Translations under genes and position numbers: made by a program | Shown here: piece by piece, positions 1 to 13,600 of the stretch | How the letters are laid out: each line of letters begins with the position of its first letter | Position numbering within the stretch: the stretch's first letter is position 1 | Assembly (NCBI GenBank): GCA_964234715.1 | Contig: OZ174281.1 | Source: Podarcis melisellensis | Lineage: Eukaryota | Direction: 5' to 3' (one strand) | DNA length: 64,000 bases | Notes under the pieces: generated by a model | Told to the model about the DNA's origin: nothing | Database searches by the model: none | What the model saw: the letters and a program-made list of their open reading frames with translations, nothing else

Positions 1-467
1 GACTAACAAATACTACAAATAATCTTTTCATACAGTCCTTTGGGTGAGGTCTGCAAGCTGGATATGGTGGTTTGAATGTTGCTGCAGACTGGATTGAGTG
101 GTTTCCTTGTATTTTAGTCTGGCTGTATTGTGGTATTCACCACTTCAAGATCCTACGAGATAGAGGGTGGTCTTAAAATAAATAAAAACCAAGGTTAAGA
201 ATTCTGCTTGTGGAGATAATCTAATTATATGGTACAATTATATATTTCTCCTGTTAGTTGATACCTTTTGGTCCTGCGTGTGAGTGTGTAGCTGATGGGT
301 TGGCAAAGCATCCTGCAAATGTTTTAACTGCTGGGGCTCCCATGTTTATGAGCAAAAGGGGAGAAGATGGTTTATTTTTCAAAACTGTAATTAATGGATG
401 GGTGTTATTTGTTGCTTATTTTGGTTCAATTGATTCAACAAGGTAATTATAAAACTTTTCTTTTCAG

Positions 468-1617
468 GGGATGATGGTTATGAGCAGATTTCAAGTGATG
501 AAGATGGAATTGCTGACTTGGAACGTGAGACGTTTAAGTACCCGAGCTTTGACATCGAGTACACTGCTGAGGATCTAGCCAGAGTGCCACCTGTGACCTA
601 TGATCCTTTTGATAGGGAACTTGGGCCTCTTCTGTACTTTAGCTGTCCCTACAAGACAACTTTTGAAACCGAAGTTGCTAAGATGAAAGATACAGATCCA
701 GACAAGGAAAATTCAGGGGCAGTTGAGACCTCTACTAAATTGACTGAACTCCTAGAATTATATCAGGAGGAGAGGGGTGCAAAGTGGGTCACTGCTCTGG
801 AAGAAATTCCAAGTTTAATAGTCAAAGGGCTAAGCTACTTGCAGTTAAAGGACCCGAATCAGGATTATATAAGCCAGTTGGTTGACTGGACAATGCAGTC
901 ATTAAACCTACAGGTAGCCCTGAGACAGCCGATCGCTTTGAATGTCCGTCAGCTTAAAGCTGGGACAAAACTTGTCTCCTCGCTGGCAGAATGTGGAACT
1001 CGAGGGATAATGGGCCTGTTGCAAGCAGGAGTAATTAATTCTCTATTTGAACTGCTGTTTGCGGATCATGTCTCTTCTTCTCTTAAACTCAATGCTTTCA
1101 AAGCTTTAGATAGCGTTGTTAGCATGACTGAAGGAATGGAGGCATTTTTGAGGAGCGGCTCAGAGGTGCATGAAAAAAGTGGTTACCAGAGACTACTAGA
1201 GCTCATCCTGCTGGATCAGACAGTAAGGGTCGTCACTGCCTGCTCTGCAATTCTGCAGAAATGCCACTTCTATGAGGTTTTGTCCGAGGTCAAAAAGTTT
1301 GCTGACCAGTTAGCGGAATATCCTCCATCTCTTCCTAATCACACTGAGCCTGAACAGGATACGGACACTGGACTCGAAAGGGGTAACCAGGAATATGAAA
1401 ATGATGTGGACACTCCAATGGATATGGACAGCCTTCTGGAGTCCTCCAGTATGAGTGAAGGAGAAGTGGAGAAACTCATTAACCTTTTGGATGAGATCTT
1501 GCATTTGATGGAGACTGCCCCTCACACTATGATCCAGCCACCGGTGAAATCTTTCCCAACAACAGCACGTATTACAGGGCCACCAGAAAGGGACGACCCT
1601 TTCCCAGTGCTCTTTAG
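468..1617 (+). CDS. VIRMA: VIRMA large internal exon
   Basis: tttcag|GGGATGAT...TTTAG|gtgagt; GDDGYEQISS...DDPFPVLFR. Confidence 0.95.
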
Positions 1618-4600
1618 GTGAGTGGCCTTAGTTTTTTTATGTTTCAAAGGGATACCTGTTTGTTTACTTTCTGCCACTTGGTTGTTGACATGAGTACTTG
1701 TCATGCATGTCATGTGTGCTGCTTAATAAGGGTCTTTCAATGTTGGGAGATGTTCCAGCCTAGACTGTTGTCTCTTTTCCCCCTTTCCCACCGTGTGTCT
1801 TCTGTCATGCCATCTCATAACTAAACAAAACTCCTCCACTGTCTTCATCAAGTCTCTTCACTCTAATCCTTTAAGTCAGTGAGGTGGTGGAGAACAGTGA
1901 CAGACTTGAACTGAGAAGATCTGGATTCAAATTCCTGCTCACGTTTGAAGATTAGTGAGTGCTTGTGGGCACATCACAATTTCTCAGCTTCTATTGCAGT
2001 GTTCATTAATTCCACTGGGTCTGTTCTGAGTAAAACTTTATTGAATCCCACCCACAGTTGTACACTTCTGCAGCTATTTCACATACCATTGCATTGAAAG
2101 TAGTAATAAAAAATTCTGCCAATGTACCATATTTTGAAGTGGAATTGAGCATGCTGCTTCTTACATATTTCCAGGTACCTTCATAACCACAATTTCTTGG
2201 AATCTGTCACGTTGCTGTTATCCAATCCAATAACGAATGTGCACCCTGGGGTGCTTCAGTCCACCAGGGATATACTGAGGTTTTTGGCACAGTCCCAGAA
2301 GGGCCTTCTTTTCTTCCTCTCTGAGTATGAAGCCACAAACCTGCTGGTTCGAGCCTTTTGCCATTTCTCTGACCCTGATCAAGAGGAAGGTCTCCAGACT
2401 GATGGGGCAAGCGATGAAGCCTTTCCCCCATGGCTTCTTCATTCAACACAGACGCTGCAGTGCATTTCAGAACTATTTTGCCATTTCCAGCGCTGCACAG
2501 CCACTGATGAAACTGACCATTCAGATCTCCTGGGAACGCTTCATAACCTTTACCTGATCACTTTTAACCCTGTGGGAAGAGCTGCTGTCGCCCATGTCTT
2601 CAGCCTTGAGAAGAATCTCCAGAGTCTTATTACTTTAATGGAGTTCTATTCCAAAGAAGCATTAGGGTAATTATCCTATTATTTTTTTTAACCTTGCTTT
2701 AGGTTTTATGCTTTTAAATGGATGTTTGTAGGTTGATGTGGGTTTCACAAACTTTAAATTTGGGGTTGTTCCTTGTTATGGAACTTTGCTGCAGTAAGAA
2801 TCCAACTTCTTACCCTCCTCATTTTTCACCTTTTACGAAGCCTTCCCTTTAAAGAAGTGAACCAGGCTTTCCTTGTTCTGGGGTGGTACACGCTTATTCC
2901 TCAGCATAGTCCGAGGATATGTATGGGCTGGCTCATGAGTTATTAACCTCTTCATCCCAGTCAGTGCTTGGTGATTTGGCTCTGATGGCTGCTGGGCAGA
3001 CAGGAAATCCTTGAGATGTTTAAACAGATTTCTCACCCCCACTCTCCAATCCCTGCTTTTAAATGGGTGGGCTCAGGATAACTAGGTCTGAAAATATATC
3101 TCTACAGCATACGCAGCTGTGCTATTTCCTCTGAAAAAACCCACACAAAAACACCGTGGATGACATGAAAGAATAGCTAAAAGCAAAGCCAAACATTTTT
3201 AAACCAAGTGCTTCCTCCTCATCTTAATGTCCTGTAAGATTGATCTTTTGCATATCCACCATTGTGGAGATTTGCGGGTTATCTGCACAGAAGTTCTATG
3301 TTGCATGTGACAGAAATGTGGTGGGACAGGAAGTGTAAGCTGCATGGCTGCTTTCTGATTCCTTCATGTTGTTATGAGAGCATTTCATGCTTCTCTGAAA
3401 CTGGCTACACAGATCAAGAGCATAATTTAGATAAACATATCTTAGATGCTGGCGTTAGATTCACAATCGAAACAGTGGGGTTTTCAGATCAAAGTGGCAT
3501 ACACAACTTTAGCTTGTGCTAAGGAGGTGAATGTTTGCCTGTGGCATGGCTTGTATGCATTTGAAATCAGAGCCATTCTTTATCCCTCCTGTAGGTTACT
3601 GCTATATTCTGATCAATATAATTGACGTTTCTGTTTTGAGTTCTGAAAAGATTATGAGAAACTAGGAGAAAAGGCTGAGTCAATCAATCATTTGCAAACT
3701 CCCACTTGTAGTATGAATTTTTTCTTCTCCATACGAAATAATCGTTTTGTAAATGAAAATCTGAATAGTATTCTGTAAGTATACGTGTAAGGATTCAAAT
3801 GTGAAGTGTGTCATAATTTTCAGAAAAATCTGTTTCAGCGATTCCAAGTCAAAGAAGTCAGTTGCCTATAATTATGCTTGCATCCTTATTCTGCTGGTGG
3901 TTCAGTCCTCCAGTGATGTCCAAATGCTTGAGCAGTATTCGGCACCCCTGTTGAAGCTTTGCAAAGCTGATGAAAATAACACCAAACTACAAGGTACAGT
4001 ATGTGCTGTTAATGGGGCAGTTGCTGGAAGTAGTTTAGGAGAAATCTTTTTGGTGTCGGCTAAGGCTCTCCTGACCTTCTGGTTTTTGATAATGCGAGTA
4101 ATGAGATTCCTTTGGTAAATACAGATTACTAGAAAGGCTCATTGAAAAACTGTGTAGCTTTTTTCCTAGTGTCAAAGAGGCTTTGGAACACAGAAAGTTC
4201 TCTTGTTTGTGTAGCGTACTGTTCATTGGTGGGAGTCATTCAGTAACTGCAGAAAAAGATTCAGGGTTTGAAATCTTCTAAGGAAGCAACGTAGGGGGCT
4301 CCTGTTCAAAGAACAAACTAAAAAAAGTCACTGGACACTGATGATGACCTGAGAGCTTCCACTGTAAGTGTGTTTCTCAAATTGGAGCTGTTGTAATCTT
4401 GTCATGCCCACTTCAAGACAATGACTGATGAAAGGAGACCCCTTTGTGTGCAGACTTTTACATTGCACGGACTGTTTTATTATACATGGCTTTTTAAAGT
4501 CCCAAGCAGCCTTGGGTCAGAATAACTAGGGAACCCCACCTGCCCATGTTAGCCTGCCTGGGACCTTCATTCCACTTTAAGGATCTCTTGTCAGTCCTGC

Positions 4601-7600
4601 ATCTGAAACAAGGCAAATAGGAGGTAGGAGAGAGAGCCTTTTTGGCTATAGTGCTGAAGATTTGTAGAGACCTCTCAATAGGTGTGCCTCACTCTTTCAT
4701 GACCTGCTTTTAGCCTGGTGATAAAGGCAACATTACAAAAGTGTACCTTTATTAGAATCTTGATTTTTATCACGAATTGTGCTGTTTTAAAATGCTGTGC
4801 TGATTCTGTGTTTTTAAAACTCTGTTTTGGTTTTCCTCCTGCCAGTACTTCCATTGAATTTTCAGTCTGTTTTTGTTTTTGAGAGACAAGATAGCCTTGG
4901 CTTGCATACAATAAAGACTAAGAAATTCAAGTTATTCCGAGCTGAGGAAAAAACTTTCATTTTAGAATATGCACACAGGAGGCCTTTGTAGCTAAGATGG
5001 GGTTTAATATTGAATATTCAAGAGATTAAATGTTTGAATTAAGCTGGGCAAAATTGCCTTTTGGGACAAANNNNNNNNNNNNNNNNNNNNNNNNNNNNNN
5101 NNNNNNNNNNNNNNNNNNNNNNNNNNNNNNNNNNNNNNNNNNNNNNNNNNNNNNNNNNNNNNNNNNNNNNNNNNNNNNNNNNNNNNNNNNNNNNNNNNNN
5201 NNNNNNNNNNNNNNNCTGGGTTTCCCCAGCCACTCTGGGCGGCTTCCATAGAAACCAAAAATACACTAAAATACCACACATTAAAAACTTCCCTGACAGG
5301 GCTGCCTTAAGATGTCTTCTGAATGTCAGGTAGTTGTTTATCGCTTTGACATCTGATGGGAGGGCGTTCCACAGGGCGGGCGCCACCACCGAAAAGGCCC
5401 TCTGCCTGGTTCCCTGTAGCTTTGCTTATCACAATGAGGGAACCGCCAGAAGGCCCTTGGCGCTGGACCTCAGCGTCCGGGCAGAACGATGGGGGTGGAT
5501 ACGCTCCTTCAGATATACTCGGCCGAGGCTTTTTATGGCATCGAATCCAATATTAAAATATTTTCAAAATCCTTGTAAGCCTCATAAAGCTGCAACCACA
5601 TACGTTGCAGTAAGTTGAATTGAAATCATAGGGATTTATTACCACATAGGATAGTAGCCCAAGTCATACTGATTTCCCCAAGTCATACTGAATGGAAGTG
5701 AACCTTTTTGATTGTTTTAATGCAAATAAGCTAACTTTTGATAAAGACATCCCTGGACCTATAGAAATAGATCTTCAGCAGTGTTCTTGGTGCTTTCAGC
5801 TGAAGAAATCAACTGAAATGTGGTATAATAAAGAATAATTTCAGACCAAATAAAAATTTGGCTCATATGTATGCAGTGAGTCTTTATTCTTTGAATTAAA
5901 GCAGTTTTAACGTTGTATTAAAAATTAACTTGATTTATATACAAAGGCCTGCAGCTCTAATGCTTGTCACTGTATTTTTGGAATGCATCATTTTACATAA
6001 TGCAGCATTCTTCAGGTTTCCTTGTTTGTTTTAGAACTTGGCAAATGGCTGGAACCCTTGAAAACACTTCGGTTCGAAATTAATTGCATCCCAAATCTCA
6101 TTGAATACATTAAGCAGGTTAGTAAAAACCATTCTCAATGCCTGCATTTTCTTAAAAAATCCATGCCTAGCTATTTCATTTGTTGATCTTTTGCAATTGT
6201 ATATACAGGAGGCAAAATTCATAAAGTTTGCTTGGTACTCCTTTATCCAGAAATGTTTTGTTACAAGTACATTCTATATTGGACCATTTTGCGTGGTGTT
6301 TTTAGTATAATCCTCATAATAATATTTTTTTTAAGTAGTCAACGCATTTCAAGAAGGAATTGTTGGTTCTCTGTTTCTAATAGTGTCCTTTTTGAAGAGC
6401 AAAACTAGATGTGACCTTATTAATGGAACTGCTAATTCAATGCAGTTTTTTAAAAGTAAATTGCAGCCATGGGGAGGGTGAAAGATCAGGTTATTAGCTG
6501 GTTTTTATTCACATTGGGATTTCTACTGGATTGAAACTACAGCTGTGGAGAGAGAGTATAGCTCCACTTCTCCCTTAAGGCTCCAATCAAGATTGCTTCC
6601 TTCCTGGTTGGTATTTACTTAAAACATTTGTGTAATTATCTAGTTTGGCTCTAAGGTGTTGTGTCTTTTGTGGTGACCTTCCATTAGAATTTTCCATCCT
6701 TCTGTTACTTTTACTTGGATGCCTCGTATAGAAAGGGTGGGAAGAAGTTTTGTAGACCAGTTCCCCACTTCTGATGAACCACCTAAATACTGGCAAGTAG
6801 ATTGGACCAAAGATGGACATTGGTCTGATGCAACAAGATGGTACTTAACATTCCTAAGCAAAAGAGTGCACAATCAGAATAACTTAGCCTAGATTAGTTA
6901 TTCTTTAGATGTTAAAAAAGAAGTTCCATGTTGTATAAGTCAATAGATTAAAGAGATTCTAGTAAAAAAACCTAATGGCCCTAACACTCAAGTTTGAAGT
7001 CAGCCTACCGTTTGTTGCTCAGAAGCAAGATAAAGTTCTCTACTGCACCCATTTTTGTTGAATATTGATCTTTAATAACACGAGTCTTATTTTTCAAATT
7101 TTATTTTAAAGAATATTGATAGCTTGATGACCCAGGAAGGAGTTGGTCTTCCTACTGCACTTCGTGTCCTGTGCCATATTGCATGCCCTCCACCACCCGT
7201 TGAAGGTATAATACTTGCTTTTAACATTGTTCCATTTCCTTTATAAGAGTACATCAGATTTAATCACCACCTCCTATAGCCATTGAAGTAAATTGTTTCT
7301 TTGGACCATTTTCTGTTGCTGACAGAGCACGTAGAATTTTTGGATGGGAAAGTTAAGAGTAAAATGTAAGGATTCTGTGCCCCATAATAAATTTGGTGTC
7401 ATGTAAAAATGTATGTTCTTGGTCATGGACAGAAGTCTCATAAAAAGGAACCATTGCACCTGATCTATATTTTCCTAATGACTGAGATAAAGGCACAACA
7501 TGGTTTTTCTCTTTCCTCCCCATCTCCATTTCCCATTTCCTCCTAAAGGTCAGCAGAAGGACCTGAAATGGAACCTTGCAGTCATACAGATGTTCTCTTC

Positions 7601-10600
7601 TGAAGGAATGGACACTTTTATTCGTGTTCTGCAAAAGCTAAACAGCATCCTTATTCAGCCCTGGAGACTCCATGTCAACATGGGGACTACCCTCCACAGA
7701 GTCACTACGATTTCCATGGCCCGGTGCACCCTCACCCTCTTGAAGACCATGTTGACCGAACTGCTGCGTGGAGGGTCCTTTGAGTTCAAAGATATGCGTA
7801 TTCCTTCCGCACTTATTTCTTTACACATGCTCCTGTGTTCTATTCCCCTCTCTGGACGTTTAGACAGTGATGAACAAAAAATCCAGAATGACATTGTCGA
7901 CATTTTGTTGACTTTTACCCAGGGGGTTAATGAGAAGCTAACCATCTCGGAGGAAACTCTGGCCAATAACACTTGGTCCCTCATGCTAAAAGAGGTCCTC
8001 ACTTCTGTTCTGAGAATTCCTGAAGGGTTTTTCTCTGGTCTTATACTGCTTTCTGAGTTGCTGCCTCTGCCGCTTCCCATGCAAACCACTCAGGTATGTA
8101 AAAACTATCAATTATTTGTAAAAGGCAAGAAAATTAAAAGACTGATGAAGAGGATGGGTAGGTAAGAACTGACTGATAAAGAGTTGTGCAGTGGATCTAT
8201 CCATTTGATGGATTGTATACCAACCTCCCTCAACCTGGTGACCTCCAGTGTCATTGGACTCCCATCAGCCCCAGCCAGCATAGTGAATGGTTAGGGATGA
8301 TGGGAATCATAGTCCAGCCACATGTGAAGAGATGCAGGCTCCCCATCTCTCATTTAAAGGGCTGATAGAGGGGATTCGTCCTTTTGATGCTGGATGCTGA
8401 GTGGGGATATTTCTCCTTAGCTGGGAGGCAATAACTCTATATATTGGAGCACATATATTGGCTACAAGGGTTTTTATGAGTGCCTAAAGAGCACCAGGTT
8501 AGTGTGCCTTGCATGTGGTGTTGGAGAAGAACTCTACGTTTTGGCACTCTCATAGAGTTAATTTTGCTTTTCTGACAGGTCATTGAACCGCATGACATAT
8601 CGGTGGCTCTCAACACTAGGAAACTGTGGAGCATGCATCTTCACGTTCAAGCGAAATTGCTGCAAGAAATAGTACGGTCCTTCTCTGGCTCCACCTGCCT
8701 GCCTATTCAGCACATGCTGAGACGCATTTGTGTTCAGTTGTGTGACTTGGCTTCGCCAACTGCTCTCCTTATTATGAGGACTGTTTTGGATCTGCTTGTA
8801 GAAGATTTGCAAAGGTACGTTTTTTATACTTTGTCCTAAGGGTCTTTAAGTAGCAGTGCTAACCTGGTGCCCTTCAGAAGTTTTGGTCTACGACTCTCAC
8901 CATAGCTGTGCAGATTAAGGATGATGGGAGTTTTGTTGAAGGCTTCTGTAGAACCTTTGCATGTTGAGGCTGGAAAATGGGCTATGCCTCTCCTATCTCA
9001 TTCATGAATAGGCAGTGGCTGCCTTGGATTTAGGCCTTCTGTTTCTCTCCATGCATGGTGATGGCTCTTGAAGGATGGAGCTGTGTGATGGCTCCTCCAG
9101 CTGGGAAATCCTGAGGGCTGCAGTAAATTGCTGCATGTATGGCATGAATATGACATGGAGAGGTGGGCTTCATACAGTTGGTGATAAGAGATGCCTCCAC
9201 ACATGGAGAGGGCTGAAACATAGCATTTCTTTTCAATACTTTGTTAGGCTTACTGACTTTGGATACCAAAGTCAAAACTGTAGTGGTTATCTCATCTTTG
9301 CTGGCAACTAGATACACAGTTAATTAATGACCACAACCTGAAAACAATCAAATTACAGTGGTAGCTCGGGTTAAGAGCTTAATTAGTTCCAGAGATCCAT
9401 TCTGAAATGGTTCTTAACCTGAGGCATGCTTTCGCTAATGGGGCCTCCACTTCCTGGTTAGCAACCACTTCCTGGTTAGCGGAGTTTGTAACGAAGTGTC
9501 TCTAACCTGAGGTACCACTGTAATGGTAATAAGCTCATTTGCAACAAATGCAGATAGATAGATAGATTTATATTACAGTGGTGCCCTGCAAGACGAAAAA
9601 CCCGCTAGACGAAAGGGTTTTCCATTTTGGAGGCGCTTCGCAAAACGAATTCCCCTATGGGGTTGCTTCGCAAGACGAAAAAAATCTTGCATCCCCCCAC
9701 GGGTTTTTTTCGCTTTTTTCGCCCTTTTCTTAAGCCGCTAAGCCGCTTATCAGCTGTTCCGCTGATAAGCCGCTTAACAGCTGATCGCTGGAAGCCGCTT
9801 GACAGCTGTAGCGCTAATCCGCTAAGCTGTCAATGGGCTTGCTTCGCAAGACGAAAAAACCGCTAGACGAAGAGAATCGTGGAACGAATTCTTTTCGTCT
9901 AGCGAGNNNNNNNNNNNNNNNNNNNNNNNNNNNNNNNNNNNNNNNNNNNNNNNNNNNNNNNNNNNNNNNNNNNNNNNNNNNNNNNNNNNNNNNNNNNNNN
10001 NNNNNNNNNNNNNNNNNNNNNNNNNNNNNNNNNNNNTTTAATGGAAATTTCAGATCAGAAGTTTGTTTTGTCATACATGCATGCAGTATATTTGTCTTTT
10101 CTAATAAGAGCATTGGTGTCACTTCAGCAACCCAGAAGACAAAGAGAAGCAATACACTGGCCAGACTACCCGCTTGCTTGCGTTACTCGATGCCCTGGCT
10201 TCACACAAAGCCTGTAAACTGGCTATTTTGCACTTGATTAATGGAACTGTGAAAGGGGATGAGAAGTATGCTGAAGTTTTCCCAGAGCTTTTGTCTTTAA
10301 TGCGAGCTGCAGGGGACAACATTATTCACCAGCAGTGTGCGGAGTTCTTGGCTTCTATTTTGCAGTCTCTCTGCGATCAGGTATTTAAAAATGAAAATCT
10401 AAAGAGCCCTCAATTTCATTCTGTATTGATTGTGCACATGCATGTGGGCAGTGGGGGTGGGGCTGCCCTGGAAGGAGCTCAAGGCTCCCCTTAGCAAACA
10501 AGTCAGGCTTGTCCAAGAAAATACGAAAAGGATGTCCCTACTCTCCATCTCCCCATAACAGCTAGCCAGCATGCCTTCAAGGAAGGAGAAAAATATACAT

Positions 10601-13600
10601 GGAGGAAAACCAACATAAGCTAAAAGTTGTGTGTATGTGTGTAGAAACACAGTTTGTTTCCCAGATATAAATCTCCGCTCATTTCAAAACTCAAGACACA
10701 TTCCAATTGGTTCTCTCTGGTCACAACTCCTGAACAACTGTATTCATTAAAAACCTGTTCTTCATTAATTCACAAATTGTACCAAGGCTGAATCTTCTTT
10801 CAGGAATTCACGAGTTGCACCAAGATTGAGTCCCTCTTCCTTTAATTGCATTCCTAAGTCTTATAAAACTATGCCATACCTATTTCCTGAGCCAGGAAGA
10901 AGAACCTTGAAACCGTTTGGTTTCTGGCAGAGAGGGATTGTTGCTGCCATCAACTCCTACCATAAATCTACCTCTCCGTTTGCGAACTAATTGCATATAG
11001 GCATATATTTGCACAGCTATATAGTATATCCCTATCTATTCTCGGTGAGGCTGGTGGGAGTTCATTGTCACCAAAGGGCCTCAGATTCCCAATTCTTTTA
11101 GTAGCTGCACTCAAGAGCAGGCCGTTTCAAGTTCCGCTTTATAGAGCTTAATGAAACGGCTGTTGAGTGACACTTCATGTTTCTTTGCAAAGCTAAATGC
11201 TTTTAAATAAGGTTGGCCAGGAATCAGAAATTAGTGCTCAAGAGATTTTTCGCTTAACAGGGGTCAGCAAACTTTTTCAACAGGGGGCCGGTCTACTGTC
11301 CCTCAGACCTTGTGGGGGGCTGGACTATAATTTTTGGGGAAAATTGAACAAATTCCTATGCCCCACAAATAACCCAGAGATGCATTTCAAATAAAAGGAC
11401 ACATTCTACTCATGTAAAAACACGCTGATTCCCAGACCGTCCATGGGCTGGATTTAAAAGATGATTGGGCCGGATCCGGCCCCCGGGCCTTAATTTGCCT
11501 ACCCATGGCTTAACAGGTTGTGAACAGCACTCCCTGTGCTGCATGGCAGACATTGCAGCTGTGGACAGTCTTGTAACTGTGAAGTCCTGTGGTGTGTGAT
11601 AGTAGAGCTTTGCTTTTTGAAAAACCCCACTTGGTTGGTGCAAGCTCTAAAGTGGCTTTTGCCATGGCCCCAAGGGATGCCTGTGTGCCTTTCTGCCTTT
11701 TGTAATACTGTGATTTCCCTTTGCAGGACATTGCATTGGTCTTGCCCAGTTCCACGGAGAGCACTCTCTCTGAATTGGAGCAGCTTTCAAATTCGTTGCC
11801 AAGCAAGGAACTCATGGCTTCCATCTGTGACTGCCTGATGGAGACATTTTCTAATGCTGAAAGCAGCTATAACTGTTTGCTGACTTGTATCAGGACAATG
11901 ATGTTCCTTACTGAGCATGATTATGGATTCTATCACCTGAAGAGGTACATTCCACAAACATACTCACACCGCAGAAATGTTTAGTCCAGCTCATCTTCCC
12001 CCCCAGTAGGGCTTACAAAGCAGAAGATTGTGCTTAATGTAATGTCAAATTTCACAGGCAATGGTAACAGCAAGAACATATCAGTGTGGCATTTTTTTTG
12101 GTGCTATTAATCTTCTCTTTCTCTTGGAAAGAATTGTTCAAAGCTAACTGTACAATAAAACACTCAGTTTTCAAATTCCTTTTAAAAAATGATCTGGCAG
12201 TGCTCTTGTATATAGTACAAATACTTTTGTGAAGATGTTAATTAGGGCTGCTGGCTGATTAAAGAAACCTTAGTCAGTTCATCACATGGGTTTCATTAAG
12301 TCATCAGATTTGCTTTAATGTGCATGTAATTGAACCACAATTCTGAACAAAGCGTCCTTGTTTTATTTCAGGTAGTGTCTGATATGACGTAAAAGGTATT
12401 ATCTTAGAAGATGTATTCCCTCCTATATGTGAGAGGAGGAATTGCTTCTTCTAAGCTTTTTTTTTTTGGATTTAAAACATATTTAAATGCTGTTTAATTA
12501 ATCAAGGACATCCTTTTAATTAACTGAAACATTGAAATACATATAAGTTCATTCAGTTGTGTTTCTGAAACTGCCTATGTTTTAAGTGCTTTAGACCTAT
12601 TAATCATATTTTTTTCATCTGCTGTGTCAAAAACTGGATTGTTAACAACCTTTTTCTTTGAAATGAAAACAGCTCTCTAAGAAAACACTGTGGGGCTCTG
12701 CACACTGGATTGAAGCGAGTAGTGAGCAGCTTTAATAAGGACCCTGGAGAACTTGCGTCTTCATTTCTGGATTTCCTGAGGCAGATACTGAATTCTGATA
12801 CACTGGTGAGTAAATGTGTACAGGGGGCTTTCTGAAGCTTTGCCTTCATTGCATTCTGTTGCATTTCAGCTCAGGAAAAGTAGCTGCAGTTTTCTTTAAA
12901 GCGTACAGCTATAATACTTCCATCATACCTCCAAATTATGGTTATCAAACAGAATCCCAAAGGGCCAATTTTATTTATTTATTATTCAAGGGGATTTATT
13001 TCCTACTTTTCTGTTACAATAATAATACTTAAGGTGGCTTACATCATTTTAAAAATGTACGCACACAAACACACACAAACTCGAAACAACAAATAAGTAA
13101 ACATTAAATCAGTAAAAACAGAATATAGTTTGCAGCAGGTGAAAACGAAGGAAACGTGAAAACCATTCAACCTTGTAGGTTATGTGCTGGCAGGGATAAA
13201 AATGCCTTAATAGAGTAGTGAAAAGCCATGAGAGAGACAGAGAGAGTTCTAGCAAGAAACATTGGAAGGTTGGAAGGACAGGGAGATGTCAAAAAAAGAT
13301 GTCATCAGTTAACTGCATTATAGTGCTGTGGTGTTACTGTTTTTGTACTCACGTAGTGTACTTAATCTTCCTTAGGGATGTTGTGGGGATGACGGAAGTC
13401 TTGCAGAAGTTGATGGAGCCCATCCTGCCAGAACTTTGGGTCTTACCACTGCAGAATTAAAATACCAATTACAAAACAAAGAAGAAACTCCTGAAAATCT
13501 GCTCCTCGAGCTGGAAAAGCTAGTTTTGGTAATGTAATGTTCATATTTTTTGGTGTTGGTGCCAGATGTTTGAGAGTTAGGAGTCTGATGGTTTCTCATT

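Noticed and set aside
5004-5389. ORFs spanning N runs (also 9814-10237 and 58719-59162)
   Set aside because: Artefacts of assembly gaps at 5071-5215, 9907-10036 and 58808-59039.
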